Part shown: in pieces, positions 12,021 through 24,218 of the stretch
Layout: every line of letters starts with the position of its first letter
Position numbering within the stretch: the stretch's first letter is position 1
Assembly: GCF_018350175.1 (NCBI RefSeq)
Contig: NC_058368.1
Span: 119,352,001 to 119,416,000 of the forward strand
DNA: 64,000 nt
Direction of reading: 5' to 3'
Source of the DNA: Felis catus
Taxonomy: Eukaryota
Translations under genes and position numbers: made by a program
The notes under the pieces: model-generated
What the model saw: only the letters and a program-made list of their open reading frames with translations
What the model was told of the DNA's origin: nothing
The model's database searches: none

Positions 12021-13519
12021 AAAGAACAGTTATAGGGGTTATGTTAGGTTTGGCAGAGACTCCTAAAACTCTGCTACATACAGTATGCGAGTAACCTTTT
12101 GGTAGATATGTGAGAAGAATCCTTGTCCCTATTTGAAAGACTTCCATCTTAACATATAGCTTAGAGAGGTATTGCCACAACGGCAGTGTCCTGTGTGTGA
12201 GTGTTGGTACACTGAAGATTTAGACTTTATCCATTTCTAAAACTCCCTGTTGATTTTTTAAATATCCAGAGCCACGGCCATAGAACACATTTTCTCAAGA
12301 CTCTCCTTGACTTAGTCATGAGAAAGGTGAGATCAGATGCTCTTGCCCTGAACACCTAGGCTTATGGAAAAACTTCTCAAGACAATCAGCTCATTTCAGC
12401 ACAGGACTGGCTCTAAACTAAGAGTCTCTTTGATGGAGTTGCTATGAAAAGCTGCCATGAAATGTACTTTATCAAGAAAAATATTTGCTTAATATTTTTA
12501 TGTTATTCAACAGCTATTCTCAGAGTCCAGTTTTTAGAAACTCTCCAGCTCAGCACTCTGGTTTTCTGCTTATATACATGACTGCATTCTAATGAATGAA
12601 TTACATAGGAGCTAATTATAGAAAACCAATTTTTTTTTTTTTTGCAGGATTTAGCATGGTCCTTTACTGGCAAAACCAATCACCTCTCCAAGTTTTAGAT
12701 GTCATTAATTTTCTCCTTAATTAAAACCACTGATTTTAGTGGAAAATTAAATAAGCCACACATTTTTATAATAGATGTAAGCTTAGGCTATGCAAATACC
12801 CAAGAGTCATGCATTACTTCAAGTACTTCCTCGGTTCATCACCGGTAAAACACAACACAACAAAACAAAACACTTAACACAAGTCTCCTTTATCCCAAAT
12901 GATGGCAGTTCTGTTTTGGAGATTTATTAATAGTAAGCAGAAAAATACTGCTCAGAAGTTTTAAGCTCACTTCTTAACTAGGCCACTCTTATCCATAGGC
13001 TCTCGCATGTTAAGAAAAACCTGAATTGGTTGAAATTGCAAAGGATGTGTATCTAAGGTACAGATTGTTGCCAACTTAGAAATACGGACACTGTTGAGGT
13101 CAAGCTCGAAGCCTCACATTGTCATGGGGATGTGTGAGGATGCAGGGCTGGATGTGAAGAGAGTTACATAAAAGAAGCAGGATCCATGCCCCTTGCTTTT
13201 GCTTTGCATAGTGAAGTGAAAAGCCCACATAAGAGATTGTGCGTGTTCCCCATTTTTCCAGACTGGATCAACCCAGCAGACTCTATGAATTCACTGCTTC
13301 CTTTCTTTTCTGTTAGCTCCTCCTTGGAGAGCATCTACAGTCCTATCAAAGAGAGAAGTGATTTCAAGCAAATCCACTCTAAGATGTGAATTTATAATGG
13401 CTGCTAAGCACACAGCCCTTCTTCCCAACACATTATTGGGAGATGAACAGTTAAAGGCTTGTGCAGAGGGATCTGGTAGGCTGTATATACATCAACTCTT
13501 TTTCCCTAATGTGCAAACC

Positions 13520-14158
13520 TTTATCTCTAGGAATTTAACTTGAGAATGTTTGCTTGAGTGTATCAGAGTTTTTACTGTAACACTGTTTTTAAAAGGAGAT
13601 AAAAACTTAAGAACAAAGTTAGGAGTCCATAATTAGGGCAATAGCTAAATAAATTATAATACATCAATATGATGGAGTTTTAAGTGGTCAGTAAAAAGAA
13701 TGCAGTACAACTATGTGTTAGAACATGGGAAATGTCCACAACACTTTTCATAAATAAAAAAAGCAAAAACAGTACATATACTATGTAATTAAAAAAAAAC
13801 CAATATATTTCTGTGGACTAATATTACACATACACACACAAATCCAAAAAGGTTATGCAACAAACTTAACAGCAAAAAGTGGTAGGTCTACTACGGATGG
13901 TAATAAAACTTTTTACTTCATATACTCCGATATTGTTTAAATTTCCTACCATTAGAAGACATTGTTTTATAATTAAAAAAATAAACATGGTTAGGTACAG
14001 AATTTCAGTTTGGAATGATTAAAAAGTTCTGGAGATTGATGGTGCTGATGTGTGCATGACAATGTGAATGTGTTAATGCCACTGAATAACACACTTAAAA
14101 ATGGTTGAGATGGTAAACATATGTTAAGTATATCTCACTACAATAAAAATAATATGGT
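13520..14158 (+). mobile_element. Old LINE-1 3' fragments (L1ME-like, then L1MB-like 3' end)
   Basis: 'ggtacagaatttcagtttgg...aaaagttctggagat...aatgtgaatgtgttaatgccactgaa...cttaaaaatggtt', L1MB-type terminus. Confidence 0.75.
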
Positions 14159-14907
14159 GTTCACACCTGTCATAATGGCTAACATTAACAACTCAGACAA
14201 CAACAGATGTTGGCAAGGATGCGGAGAAAGAGGATCTCTTTTGCACTGCTGGGGGGAATGCAAACTGGTGCAGCCATTCTGGAAAACAGCATGGAGGTTC
14301 CTCAAAAAATTAAAAATAGAACTACTCTATGACCCAGCAATTGCACTACTTGGTATTTATCCAACAGATACAGGTGTGCTGTTTAGAAGGGGCACATGCG
14401 CCCCAATGTTTATAGCAGCACTATCAACAATAGCCAAAGTATGGAAAGAGCCCAAATGTCCATTGATGGATGAATGGGTAAAGAAGATGTGATGTACATA
14501 TATACAATGGAGTATTACTCGGCAATCAAAAAGAATGAAATCTTGCCATTTGCAATTACGTGGATGGAATTAGAGTGTATTATGCTAAGCAAAATTAGTC
14601 AGAGAAAGACAAATATCATATGATTTCACTTCTATGAGGACTTTAAGATACAAAACATATTTTTTTATATCATCTTAAGTTTTAAGATGAACATAAGGGA
14701 AGGGAAGCAAAAATAATATAAAAACAGGTAGAGGGACAAAACATAAACTGTTAAATATAAAGAACAAACAGAGGGTTGCCGAAGGGGATGTGGGAGGTGG
14801 GATGAGCTAAATGGGTAATGGGCATTAAAGAATCTACTCCTGAAATCATTATTGCACTCTATGCTGACTAACTTGGATGGAAATTTAAAAAAAAAAATTA
14901 AAAAAAG
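14159..14907 (+). mobile_element. 5'-truncated felid LINE-1 (ORF2 C-terminus plus 3'UTR)
   Basis: ORF 14121 encodes the ORF2 C-terminal region '[24 protein letters not shown]...[16 protein letters not shown]'; closely matches 62865-63620; TSD taatatggt (14150-14158 / 14908-14916). Confidence 0.95.
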
Positions 14908-15504
14908 TAATATGGTAGACTTCTTAAGGGCATCTCCATTACATAAGAAGTAGGCAGTTGTGTGGCCTTAAAAACAAGGGTGGTAAGTGACCCTGAACCT
15001 ATTTGTAAAGCACCCTGGATATAGTGCCAATAAATTGGAAGGGATAGGGTCTCTAGAGCAACAGATGATGTCCTCCAGCAATTAGGATAGGACATAGGTT
15101 ACCTTTAGTTGTGAGAATCGTGGGAGGGTTCCCTCTGGTAAAGTAGATATTTAGGGGGAGGCACTTCTTAATATTTCTTAAGTCATATCATCATGACCAC
15201 ACCCCCTTCCCCACATCAGTAATGACTTTTTCTCTTCAAGCGGAGTGTGATGAGAATAATGTAATATGTTAATGCCTTTGTATACAGCTGCCTAAACATT
15301 TATCTTACTAGACCTGTGTCAGAATGCCTTAAGAGGCTACATTACATTTGCAACCATTTAATTGTATGAAATTGTAACTTTCAAGCCTGCATATGCCACA
15401 TTTGACATGAATCGGTTACCATTATTATAAGATAGAAATAAATAAGAGTCCAAGGCAAATTTATACTTACACTATCAAAGAGCATCTTTAATTTTAAGTG
15501 ACCC

Positions 15505-16670
15505 AGTCAATAAACATTTATTGAGTGCCTACTGTATACTAGGAAGGCATACAAAGAAGTATGTGGTGCACTGCAGTACAATGCAAGTGCCTAAGTTTAA
15601 GGTGCTTACACCTTTAGAGGAAATAACTAATGCACAAAGGAGTGGACTGAATTCCCAGTTGAACTGAACAGAATTGGGTTGAGTTGTATTAGATTGATTT
15701 AGGCTGAATTGGATACTTTCTGGTTTGATACAACACACATTTAACACCTGCTAAAATACCCCACTGAGCAAGGTAGTGACAATTTGAAAAGGAGAATCAA
15801 ATGTTAATAAAACTTGCTCTCTCTCCTCCAAGATTCACAACTGAAGAGCCAGCAAGAAAGAACTAACCAAAATGCAGGTCATGCTGTAACAATGATATAA
15901 TAAACTTACCAACATAAATTGTGAAGGGGGACTGAATTCAATCTGTGGTGATCACACATAAAAGAGGTGAACATGGAAAAAGAATGGGGTGGCGGGTGGG
16001 ATATTTAGGTTGTGAGAACAGCTTGAGCAAAGGCCTGGAGCAGGGAATGTGCCAGAGTGTTCAGGGAACCGAGAGTGGTTCATTTCATCTGGAGCACAGC
16101 ATGTAGTAGAGAGGACAAGACTCTCTGCAGGAGATAAATTAGGGGAAGGAGACTGGGGCCAGAACCTTGAGGCACTTGTGAGGAATCACCGAGTCCAGGG
16201 GCTGCAGAAGTTGGAGGGAACTTAGTGATCTACTAGCAGAGTTTTCATCTACAGGAAGCCATCACCTCTCCCCCAGGTTATGGCACCAGTTTTTAACTTT
16301 TCTTTCCAGTCCTGCTCTGACCTCCTCTTATCCTTCCCCCACATACCAAGAGTGGTCTTTTGGAGACCGCAAATCAAATTGTGTCACATTTCTGCCCAGA
16401 ATCTTTCCTTTGTTTCCCTCTCTCTTAAAGGAAGTTCAAAATGTTAACATGACCTCAAGGCCATGCAGGGTAGGGACTCTGCCTCTCTGGCCTCATCTTG
16501 TACAAAGGCACCCCATCTCTCCCATAATGCTTCAGTCCACCTGAACTACTCCTCTTGATCCCAGACTACTCTGCAGTATCTCTGTGACAATTACAATCCT
16601 GGAAAAAGAGCAAGTGGTCAATACATAGATATAGAATAAAGTGGGTAATTCATGAATGAATGAATGAATC
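15505..16670. mobile_element. Cluster of L2 fragments (both orientations) with MIR pieces
   Basis: 'caataaacatttattgagtgcctactgt', 'gaacagcttgagcaaaggcctggag', 'aatgttaacatgacctcaaggcc', (GAAT)n end. Confidence 0.6.
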
Positions 16671-17639
16671 AACTGCCTCTACAAGATTCATCTCAAGTAT
16701 AATTAATCCCTTATGGAAATCCTAGAGGGGCAAGAGAGTACCCATTCTTCCTGGAGAGCAAAAGACAAATGGGCACAGATAGAGAAAGATCCTGAGGAAA
16801 GTGGGGGGGGGGGCTTTAGAGCAGGAACAGGGGCATCACTAAACTGACCTTCCATGGAGTTCAGATTGGGCAAGAGGGGTCAGAAGGTGGATATAGCCTC
16901 AGAGCACAGCGAAGGCTGACAGGGATCCAAGGGAGTGTGAGAGACAAGTGTTCATGAGATTGTGAGTGAAGAGGGATTCGGAAAATCATCATCACAGGAG
17001 AGAAGACCTGCTTGAGGCTGGACTGCCATGTGGACACGTTGGAGAAGGAAGTCATAGGAATCAAGGTCAATAAATTGTTGGACCAACAGTTGAGATCACC
17101 AAGGATGATAGCTCATCACTGTATCCTTTTAATGATATGTTTAATTGTAATCCCGCATTTTCTGGTGGCGACGTGCTATTGTTTATTTTCTACCACAACA
17201 AACTAGATCATAATCTCCCAGGGCAGGGACCAGGTATGTTTCAGTGTAATACCTAGTGTCTGTCATAGTCAGAGATATTCAATAAATATTTGGAGAATAA
17301 GTGAATGATTGAATGAATGAATGCCTACCTGCACATCACTTCTTCTCCACTATCCTTTTCAATTTGAAGGTGACCTTGCTTATAGTAGTTGTGTGGTATG
17401 GGCATAAAAACCCTGGATAGTGGAGGGACATAGCTGTGAAAACAGAGTTTTAGCAAGCTGTTAAACTCTAGATTATGTACAGTTGTTTGTATTTTTCTTT
17501 AGTTGTTTAATTTGTTCTCTCCACTCTGAAAGTGTGTGTACTTCAAGAGCCAGAGCCAAGTCCTATATAATACTTCATTTCTATCCTCAGGGTATCCAAC
17601 ATAACGCTGGAAAAATAATAAGTAGATAGTTAGCAGCCT

Positions 17640-17845
17640 TGAGAGGAGGTTTCTAGTTAAACAGACACTTGTGGTCACGCAGACATGCCTCTATCAGTGA
17701 TCTTTGTTCTTACTCGGTTTTCTCATCTGCAAAATAAGGACAAAAACCAGCATATAGTTTGTAGGGTTGATGTACAGCTTAAATGTGATAATGCATAAAA
17801 CTTTTATCGGTGCCATGCACTTTGCACTCCATAAATGGTAGCTAA
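17640..17845 (+). mobile_element. MIR
   Basis: 'ctcggttttctcatctgcaaaataagga...agggttgatgtacagcttaaatgtgataatgcat'. Confidence 0.7.
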
Positions 17846-18098
17846 AGATTAAAAAAAACCTATCTGTTGTTTGGACTGTATAAGCCGCAGATGCATTTAG
17901 AGTTTGCCATTGTTTCCAACAGAGACACTCTCAAGCTCTTCTTGGAACCATTGCTAATAGCAACATTCTCTTTCCTGGTTTGCTTCAGCAGCAGGGATTC
18001 TTGACCCCAGGGCTATTCTTCCTTAAAGGCAGGTAGGTCTGCCTGCTCTCTCAGGGGGGCTCATGATGGCAGGGGCTGACCTGGGTGCACGGCCCCAT

Positions 18099-18114
18099 GC
18101 TGCCCTCTGGCGGC
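18099..18114 (-). promoter_or_regulatory. Candidate CTCF binding site
   Basis: Reverse complement GCCGCCAGAGGGCAGC matches the CTCF core CCNCYAGRKGGCRS; not inside a recognised repeat. Confidence 0.6.
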
Positions 18115-18639
18115 AGGTCTGTGGGCTGCCCCTTTCCTACTTTGCACTTTGCCAGTACTACACTGATACTAAGGTACCAATAAACTATAGAAAGAGACAC
18201 CCTTAAGGAGATTCCCTGAGATTACAAGTAGCGTGAGGGGGTGCAATGCACTGACTGCTCAGTGTTTCCTAGTTCCTCTTATTGCCGTGTGCCCACCTCC
18301 ACTCAGGGGATGGTGATAAAGAGGTACAATCCGCCCCAAGGAGAACTTAATATCCTCAAGAGTTCTACGATCTTGAGGCTCAGTTGAGGTGATTCAGAGA
18401 CTGTGAGAGTGACACTGTCTCTCATAAGAGCACATAGCTAAACTCTAACTCTGGCCTTCTTAAGTCTTAACATGACGGCCACCTGCCAGATCACTTTTGC
18501 TTGTAATGAAAAAGTCAAGGTGCTCACCATAGAATGTAACTTCTTCTAGGAAGCCTTCAGCATTGCCTCAGTTGTAATTAATCTAAATGGCCACAGGAGA
18601 CCCAAAAGCCATATTCATTTCTTCCCTTTCCCTCATCTT

Positions 18640-19320
18640 CATGTCCAATACATAAGCAGACCCTTTGGTTTTCCATATTATGTATGCTATTCTGCACGTC
18701 ATCTGGTACTGCACAGCACCATTCACCATCTGTGGCCTAGACCACTACAGCTGTCTGCTAATGGCTTTCTGCTTTCTCTCTCTTCCCGTCAGCTGAAACG
18801 AGCGGCAGTCAGCTCACAGAGGAGCCCTGCTTAAGACCCTTCTCATTGCATTTGCAGTAAAGCAGCGCTTCACCAAGGTCTACACATCTCTGTGGGACTC
18901 CAGTCTCATCACATACCCGCGCCTTCTCGGTTGTGCACATTCCTACCAACCTGATCCCTCTTCAGCGCCTCCAAGGTTGCCTTTGCCCTTGCTGGTCTCT
19001 CTGCCTGGAACACTCTTCCCTGTACTCCTCTCGTGGCTGGCTCTTTCTCTTCCTTCCTCTCAGCTTAGATGGCACCTCCTAGGCCTGCAGTAATCACTCT
19101 GCCTAAAGCTGCCTTTCTCCCCACTGTTCTCCTTCTCTCATTATTCTTGGTCATGTCTCTCCTAACTTCCTTCATAGCGGTGATCACTACTTGAAATTGT
19201 CTTCTTTATTTGTTTAAGGAACGCTCTCCATTAGCAGTAACTTCCAGGACAGCAGAGTACTTGCTTTCCCACTGCTGTATTCTGAGTGTCTCATACATAA
19301 TGGATGCTCAAAAAAAAGTG
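18640..19320 (+). mobile_element. L2 fragment
   Basis: 'ctctgcctggaacactcttccc', 'ctcagcttagatggcacctcct', 'ctccattagcagtaacttccaggacagcag'. Confidence 0.7.
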
Positions 19321-20040
19321 CTTGTTGTGAGGAGAACAGCACTTTATATCTTATGGCATTGGCTAACTTTCCACAACTTGCAGCTGCTTCCCTGCTGTGT
19401 CCAACCACATGGAATCATCCTCATCAGGATGGGCTCTTGTGTTGCTTGAATGAGTGAATGAGCACGTCTAAGGGATCTCATTTTCCCCATAGCATTCTCT
19501 GTGTGCGTGTTTATACATACATAGACCAAATTTTGTATATTTATACAAAATCACATATCTTCTTCCATGTAATTTACAACAGTCAGTGAATTTGTATTCC
19601 TTCTCTTATTCATCACTGTGAGCCATGGTAACAAAATTTAACAGTAGTAAATGCCATCCTGTTACATTAATACAAACTTGATATGTTTATTTGGTGATGG
19701 TTTCTCCCCAAAAGGAGGCATTCAGGAATTATTTCCAAGAAAAATAATTGAATAGGGAAAGAGACAGCAGTTGCCATTAAAATTAAAACCAGAAATCATT
19801 TTGTGTGTGTTATTCTTCTCTGGTTCCACCTCCAGCCATGACTGGAAACAGGCCCTTAAGGGTGAGTAATAGGAATGCATGTCACAAGAGTCAGAAATAA
19901 TGAACCAATATCTCAGAAACGCAGCCACCAACAGCAAGAAGGCGGAGTGTGAAAATACGCACATGTGAAGAAATAAACGTCCCAGTAATGGAATACTCAG
20001 GCCCATCATAAAGCGTACACCCAGCGTCATGTCTTACTTT

Positions 20041-20112
20041 TGACTCAGCAACAAAAATCTGGTCCCACTAGAGTGAAATTTCGGTCTGATCTGGTCCATG
20101 GTGCTGAGTCAC
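20041..20112. promoter_or_regulatory. Inverted pair of ARE/MARE (CNC-sMAF/AP-1) motifs
   Basis: TGACTCAGCA at 20041-20050 and its exact reverse complement TGCTGAGTCA at 20102-20111. Confidence 0.45.
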
Positions 20113-20542
20113 CTGCCTGGGGGAAGCTGTAGACATTTGGCATTTTCGAAGGCAGCAGCAAGCTAGCAGAATTAAAGTCTGGTTCACTAAGCACTCAACA
20201 GCTGATTTGCCCGGCTCTCTCGAGAGCAGACCCGCTTTCTCAAATGCACACCATTCACTCTCTCTGCACCATCTCGCTTCTATCTGTTCATCCTTCTGGG
20301 TGGCATATGCCCAGTGGACAGAAGGTCAACTGGCAGGGGAGGGAATGAGAATGAATGACATTCTCCTAGATTTGTTCATCGCTTGGAATTACCCTATTGG
20401 TTAGCCTATTGGTTACACTAGGATTTCATCTCCAGGGGCTTCTATTTGGAGTAAAAAGCACGTATGTTGGCTTTGACGAGAGCCAAATCCTTCTTTTTGC
20501 CTCCATTCTTTTTTAACTTTTCATTTAAATGTCTGCTGTTTG

Positions 20543-20766
20543 GGGGCGCCTGGGTGGCGCAGTCGGTTAAGCGTCCGACTTCAGCCAGGTCACGATCTCA
20601 AGGTCCGTGAGTTCGAGCCCCGCGTCAGGCTCTGGGCTGATGGCTCAGAGCCTGGAGCCTGTTTCCGATTCTGTGTCTCCCTCTCTCTCTGCCCCTCCCC
20701 CGTTCATGCTCTGTCTCTCTCTGTCCCAAAAATAAATAAACGTTGAAAAAAAAATTTTTTTTAAAT
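20543..20766 (+). mobile_element. Young SINEC_Fc-type Can-SINE
   Basis: Near consensus with CpGs intact; TSD ttaaat(g/a)tctgctgtttg. Confidence 0.97.
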
Positions 20767-21379
20767 TTTAAATATCTGCTGTTTGATATGTGAGAAACAT
20801 ATACTTTCTTATGCAAGGTTTGAATGTTTTAGGAAAACCTGTTTCAAGGACTCTTTGGGGAAGGGGGTGGCTAATCACAAGGAAATGTCAAAGTTAATGA
20901 TCACATGGCCTAACATGTTGACTGTATACAAGACTTCAAAAAGGGGTTTTTATCAAAAGACACATCAGTCAGGGACTTTTATTCAGATGACCTAACTTTC
21001 CTCTTCAAGAATGATGGGTCATAGAAAGTTTATTTGCTGTGGTCTGTGTTTACTGAAGAGGAGAATCTAACAAGTAAGATGCGGTTCAGTTTCAGATGAC
21101 GAAGCTCTAAAATGACTTCGGTTGAGGGGCAAAGCTCACAAACTCTGGCCCCAGCAGAGTTCAGAGAATAGGCAGATGGATTGATACAATCGGAAAAATA
21201 CCTATTTATCAAAGAGGTTTCCTTCCAAGCTACATTTCACACAACAGCTTTGCAAAATGCCTTTATCCCACAGTCTAACAATCTGGACCAGAAAAAGTTT
21301 TCAGCAAAAGTCAAGAATGATCTGTATAAAAGGCTAAGTAGTGGAAAAAACAGCGTGTGCTATGAGTCAGACTTCTTAC

Positions 21380-21560
21380 CAACTAAACACACCTCTGTCA
21401 CATGTTACCTCATAAATTTGGGGAATTTCTTTCTTCTGGCTAAGCCTCCATTTTCTTGGTGACAAAATGTGGATGAAAACTTCCTGACCGACCCGTATCT
21501 CTCACTTAAGTGGTTGTGAAGTTCAAGTAAAATGAAAGCTATTTGAAAATGATAAAGGAT
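21380..21560 (+). mobile_element. Diverged MIR
   Basis: 'aagcctccattttcttggtgacaaaatgtggatg...ctcac...gtggttgtgaagttcaag' follows the MIR core/3' layout. Confidence 0.6.
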
Positions 21561-21959
21561 TAAAAAAATCTGATACAATGATGAATGTGGTGATGATGGT
21601 GTTGATGGTAACCTGGCTGCTGTTTGGGTATCCAAGGGTATGGCTACTCAGGTCTCTGCCCAAAACCACTAAAAGCAATGATCTGAGGGAGCCAGATACT
21701 TTGTGACACTGGAGAACAGGCAAGCGGCTTCAGCCACAGGTGTAATTCTTAGTAGGTACCCAAACCCAAGGAAACAAGAATCATCCAGGTTTCAACGCAG
21801 CACCATGGATTGTCCAGAATGTGTCACTACTAAAATGACAGCCCTTCTGAGTACATTGGGTTAAAAGGCAATGTAGTGACACAGGCTTGGGTTAGAATCT
21901 CAAGTCTACTCCCAGCTAGTTGGGTAATCTTTGACAGGTAGCTTCATGTGTGACTTTTA

Positions 21960-22165
21960 CTTTTTGATTTAATTTTATTTTGTTTTATGTTTTATTTATT
22001 TTTGAGAGAGTGTAAGTGAGGAAGGGCCAGAGGGCGGGAGGCAGAGGATCTGAAGTGGGCTCTGCAGACAGCAGTGAGCCCAATGTGGACCTTGAACTCA
22101 TGAACCAAGAGATGATGACCTGAGCTGAGGTCGAATGCTCAACCCACTGAGCCACCCAGGTGGCC
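21960..22165 (-). mobile_element. Can-SINE
   Basis: T-rich tail; ends gagccacccaggtggcc. Confidence 0.9.
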
Positions 22166-22331
22166 ACTAATCTTTTTTTTACTTTTTAAATTAATGATAG
22201 TGAAATTGACTTTGTTTTGGTGTCCAAGTCTTTGAATTTTGACACATACATAGATTCGGGAAGACAACACTACAATTAGGTTATCAAACAATTCTATCAT
22301 TCCCTAAAACTTCCACCGGCTTTTCCTTTGT

Positions 22332-22556
22332 TTTGTTGTTTTTAATTTTTTTAATGTTTAATTTTATTTTTGAGAGAGAGAGAGAGAGAGAGAGAACATG
22401 AGTAGAGGAGAAGAGAGAGAAGGAGACAGAATCTGAAGCAGGCTCCAGGCTCTGAGCTGTCAGCAAGAGCCCAACACAGGCTCAAACTCACAAACTGCAA
22501 GACCATGACCTGAGCCAAAGTCAGACACTTAACCAACTGAGCCACCCAAGTGTCCC
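22332..22556 (-). mobile_element. Can-SINE inside old L1
   Basis: (GA)n tract; TSD caccggcttttcctttgt / cacaggctttccctttgt. Confidence 0.92.
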
Positions 22557-22974
22557 ACACAGGCTTTCCCTTTGTAATTACATTCTCCTGCCACCCAGAA
22601 TCCATGGTGATCACTGAGCTGGTTCTCCACTACCAGAATTTTGTCTTTTAAAAAAGGTCATGGAATTACAATCAGATAGTAGTAACCTTTTGACACTTGT
22701 TTATTTCACTCAGCATAATGCCTTTGAAAGTCTCTAAGCTGGTGCCTATGTTAACAGCTTGTTCCTTTTAAATGTTGTTCCTTTTAAATACTTCCATTGT
22801 ATGGATGTACCACAATCTGTTTATCCATTTATTTGTTGAAGGGCATTTGGGTAGTTTCAAGTTTTGGGAGGCGATGAATAGAGCTGCTGTAAAAACATTT
22901 ATGTACAGGTTTTTGGGTGGACATATGTTTTCATTTCTCTATAGGATGAAAGGTTAGTTACCTTTTTCATATGT

Positions 22975-23118
22975 TAGGGCCACATAATACATATTTTAGC
23001 TTTGTGGACCATATAGTCCTGTGTCAACTAGTGTGAAAGCAGAAACCAATAATATGTAAAGAATTAGTGTGGCTGTGTGCAGGACTTGGTCTGCCGGCCA
23101 TAGTTCATCAATTCCTGC
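22975..23118 (+). mobile_element. MER58-like hAT-Charlie element
   Basis: 'gggccaca...atattttagctttgtggaccata...gtgtgaaagcag...gtgtggctgtgt...ggccatagtt'. Confidence 0.6.
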
Positions 23119-23974
23119 TGTGTTGTACATACCCAGGGATAGCTGGCTCATACGATAGGCATATTTTTAACTCTCTAATAAAATGCCACATTGTTTTTCA
23201 GAGTGGCTATGTTATTTTGCATTACCACCAGCAATGCATAAATACTCCACTTGTTCCCCATCCTCACCAGCACTTGGTATCGTGTCTTTAATCTTAGCAT
23301 TCTAACAGAAGTGCAGTGATATTTCATGGCAGCATTAATCTGCATTTTCCTAATGGCTAATAATGTTCAACATCTTTTCATTCTTATTGGCCATCTTTAT
23401 AGTCTCTCCTATCATGTTTGATCAAGTCTTTTGCCTACTTTTTAACTGGATAGGTAGTTCTCTTACTGTTGAACTTTGAGATTTCTTTATATATTCTGAA
23501 CTAATTTTTAATTATATTTTTATTAATATATTATTATATAAATATATTATTTATATTTTTATATTATATATTTATATTTTTGAATATATTATTTGCAACT
23601 ATTTGCTTTCAGTCTGTGTTTTATTCTTTTCAATCTTCTAATAGTGTCTTTTGTAGAGGAAATTTTCTAACTCTGAGGAACTCCAAATGTTTTCTTTTAT
23701 GGATTTTGCTTCTGGTGTTTTTTTCTAGGATCTCTTTGCCTCATGAAGATTTTCTCCCATGTTTTCTTCTCAGCATTTTGAAGCTCTATATTTTGTATTT
23801 GTATCTATGTAAATGGATATGACCCTTTTAAATGTTTTGTATACAGTGTAAGGTTTAGGTTAAGGATTTATTCTTAAGTTTATATAAACTTCAAATGGTT
23901 TATTCAAACTAATGTTGTTTAACAGACTGTTCCATTTAATTGCTTTCATTGCTTTGGCAAAAATGAACTGGCCA

Positions 23975-24218
23975 ATTGAAATGTGGTATCCTGGGACACA
24001 TAAAAGGATATTAGTGGGAAAACTGCTATAAAATCTAATCACGTCTAAAGTCCAGTTAACAGTATCATGTCAATGTTAATTTCTTATTTTTGCAAAATAT
24101 ACCATGGAAATGTAAGGTGTTAACAGGAGGAGAAACTGGAGGAAGGTATATAGGAATTCTGTATTATCTTTGGAACTTTTCTATAAATCTGAAACTATTC
24201 CCAAATAAAAACATTTAA
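23975..24218 (+). mobile_element. L1MC/L1MD-type 3' end inserted into an older antisense L1
   Basis: 'aaaggatattagtgggaaaact...caatgttaatttctt...ctgtattatctttggaacttttctataaatctgaaa'; TSD aaaaatgaa(c/t)tggcca (23959-23974 / 24219-24234). Confidence 0.85.

Noticed and set aside
19722..20030. 102-aa hydrophobic minus-strand ORF
   Set aside because: No recognisable family; ORFs of this length occur by chance and nothing else supports it
20540..20816. Recurrent ORFs such as GAPGWRSRLSVRLQPGHDL... (also at 41235, 51788, 54541)
   Set aside because: Translations of the Can-SINE consensus, not genes
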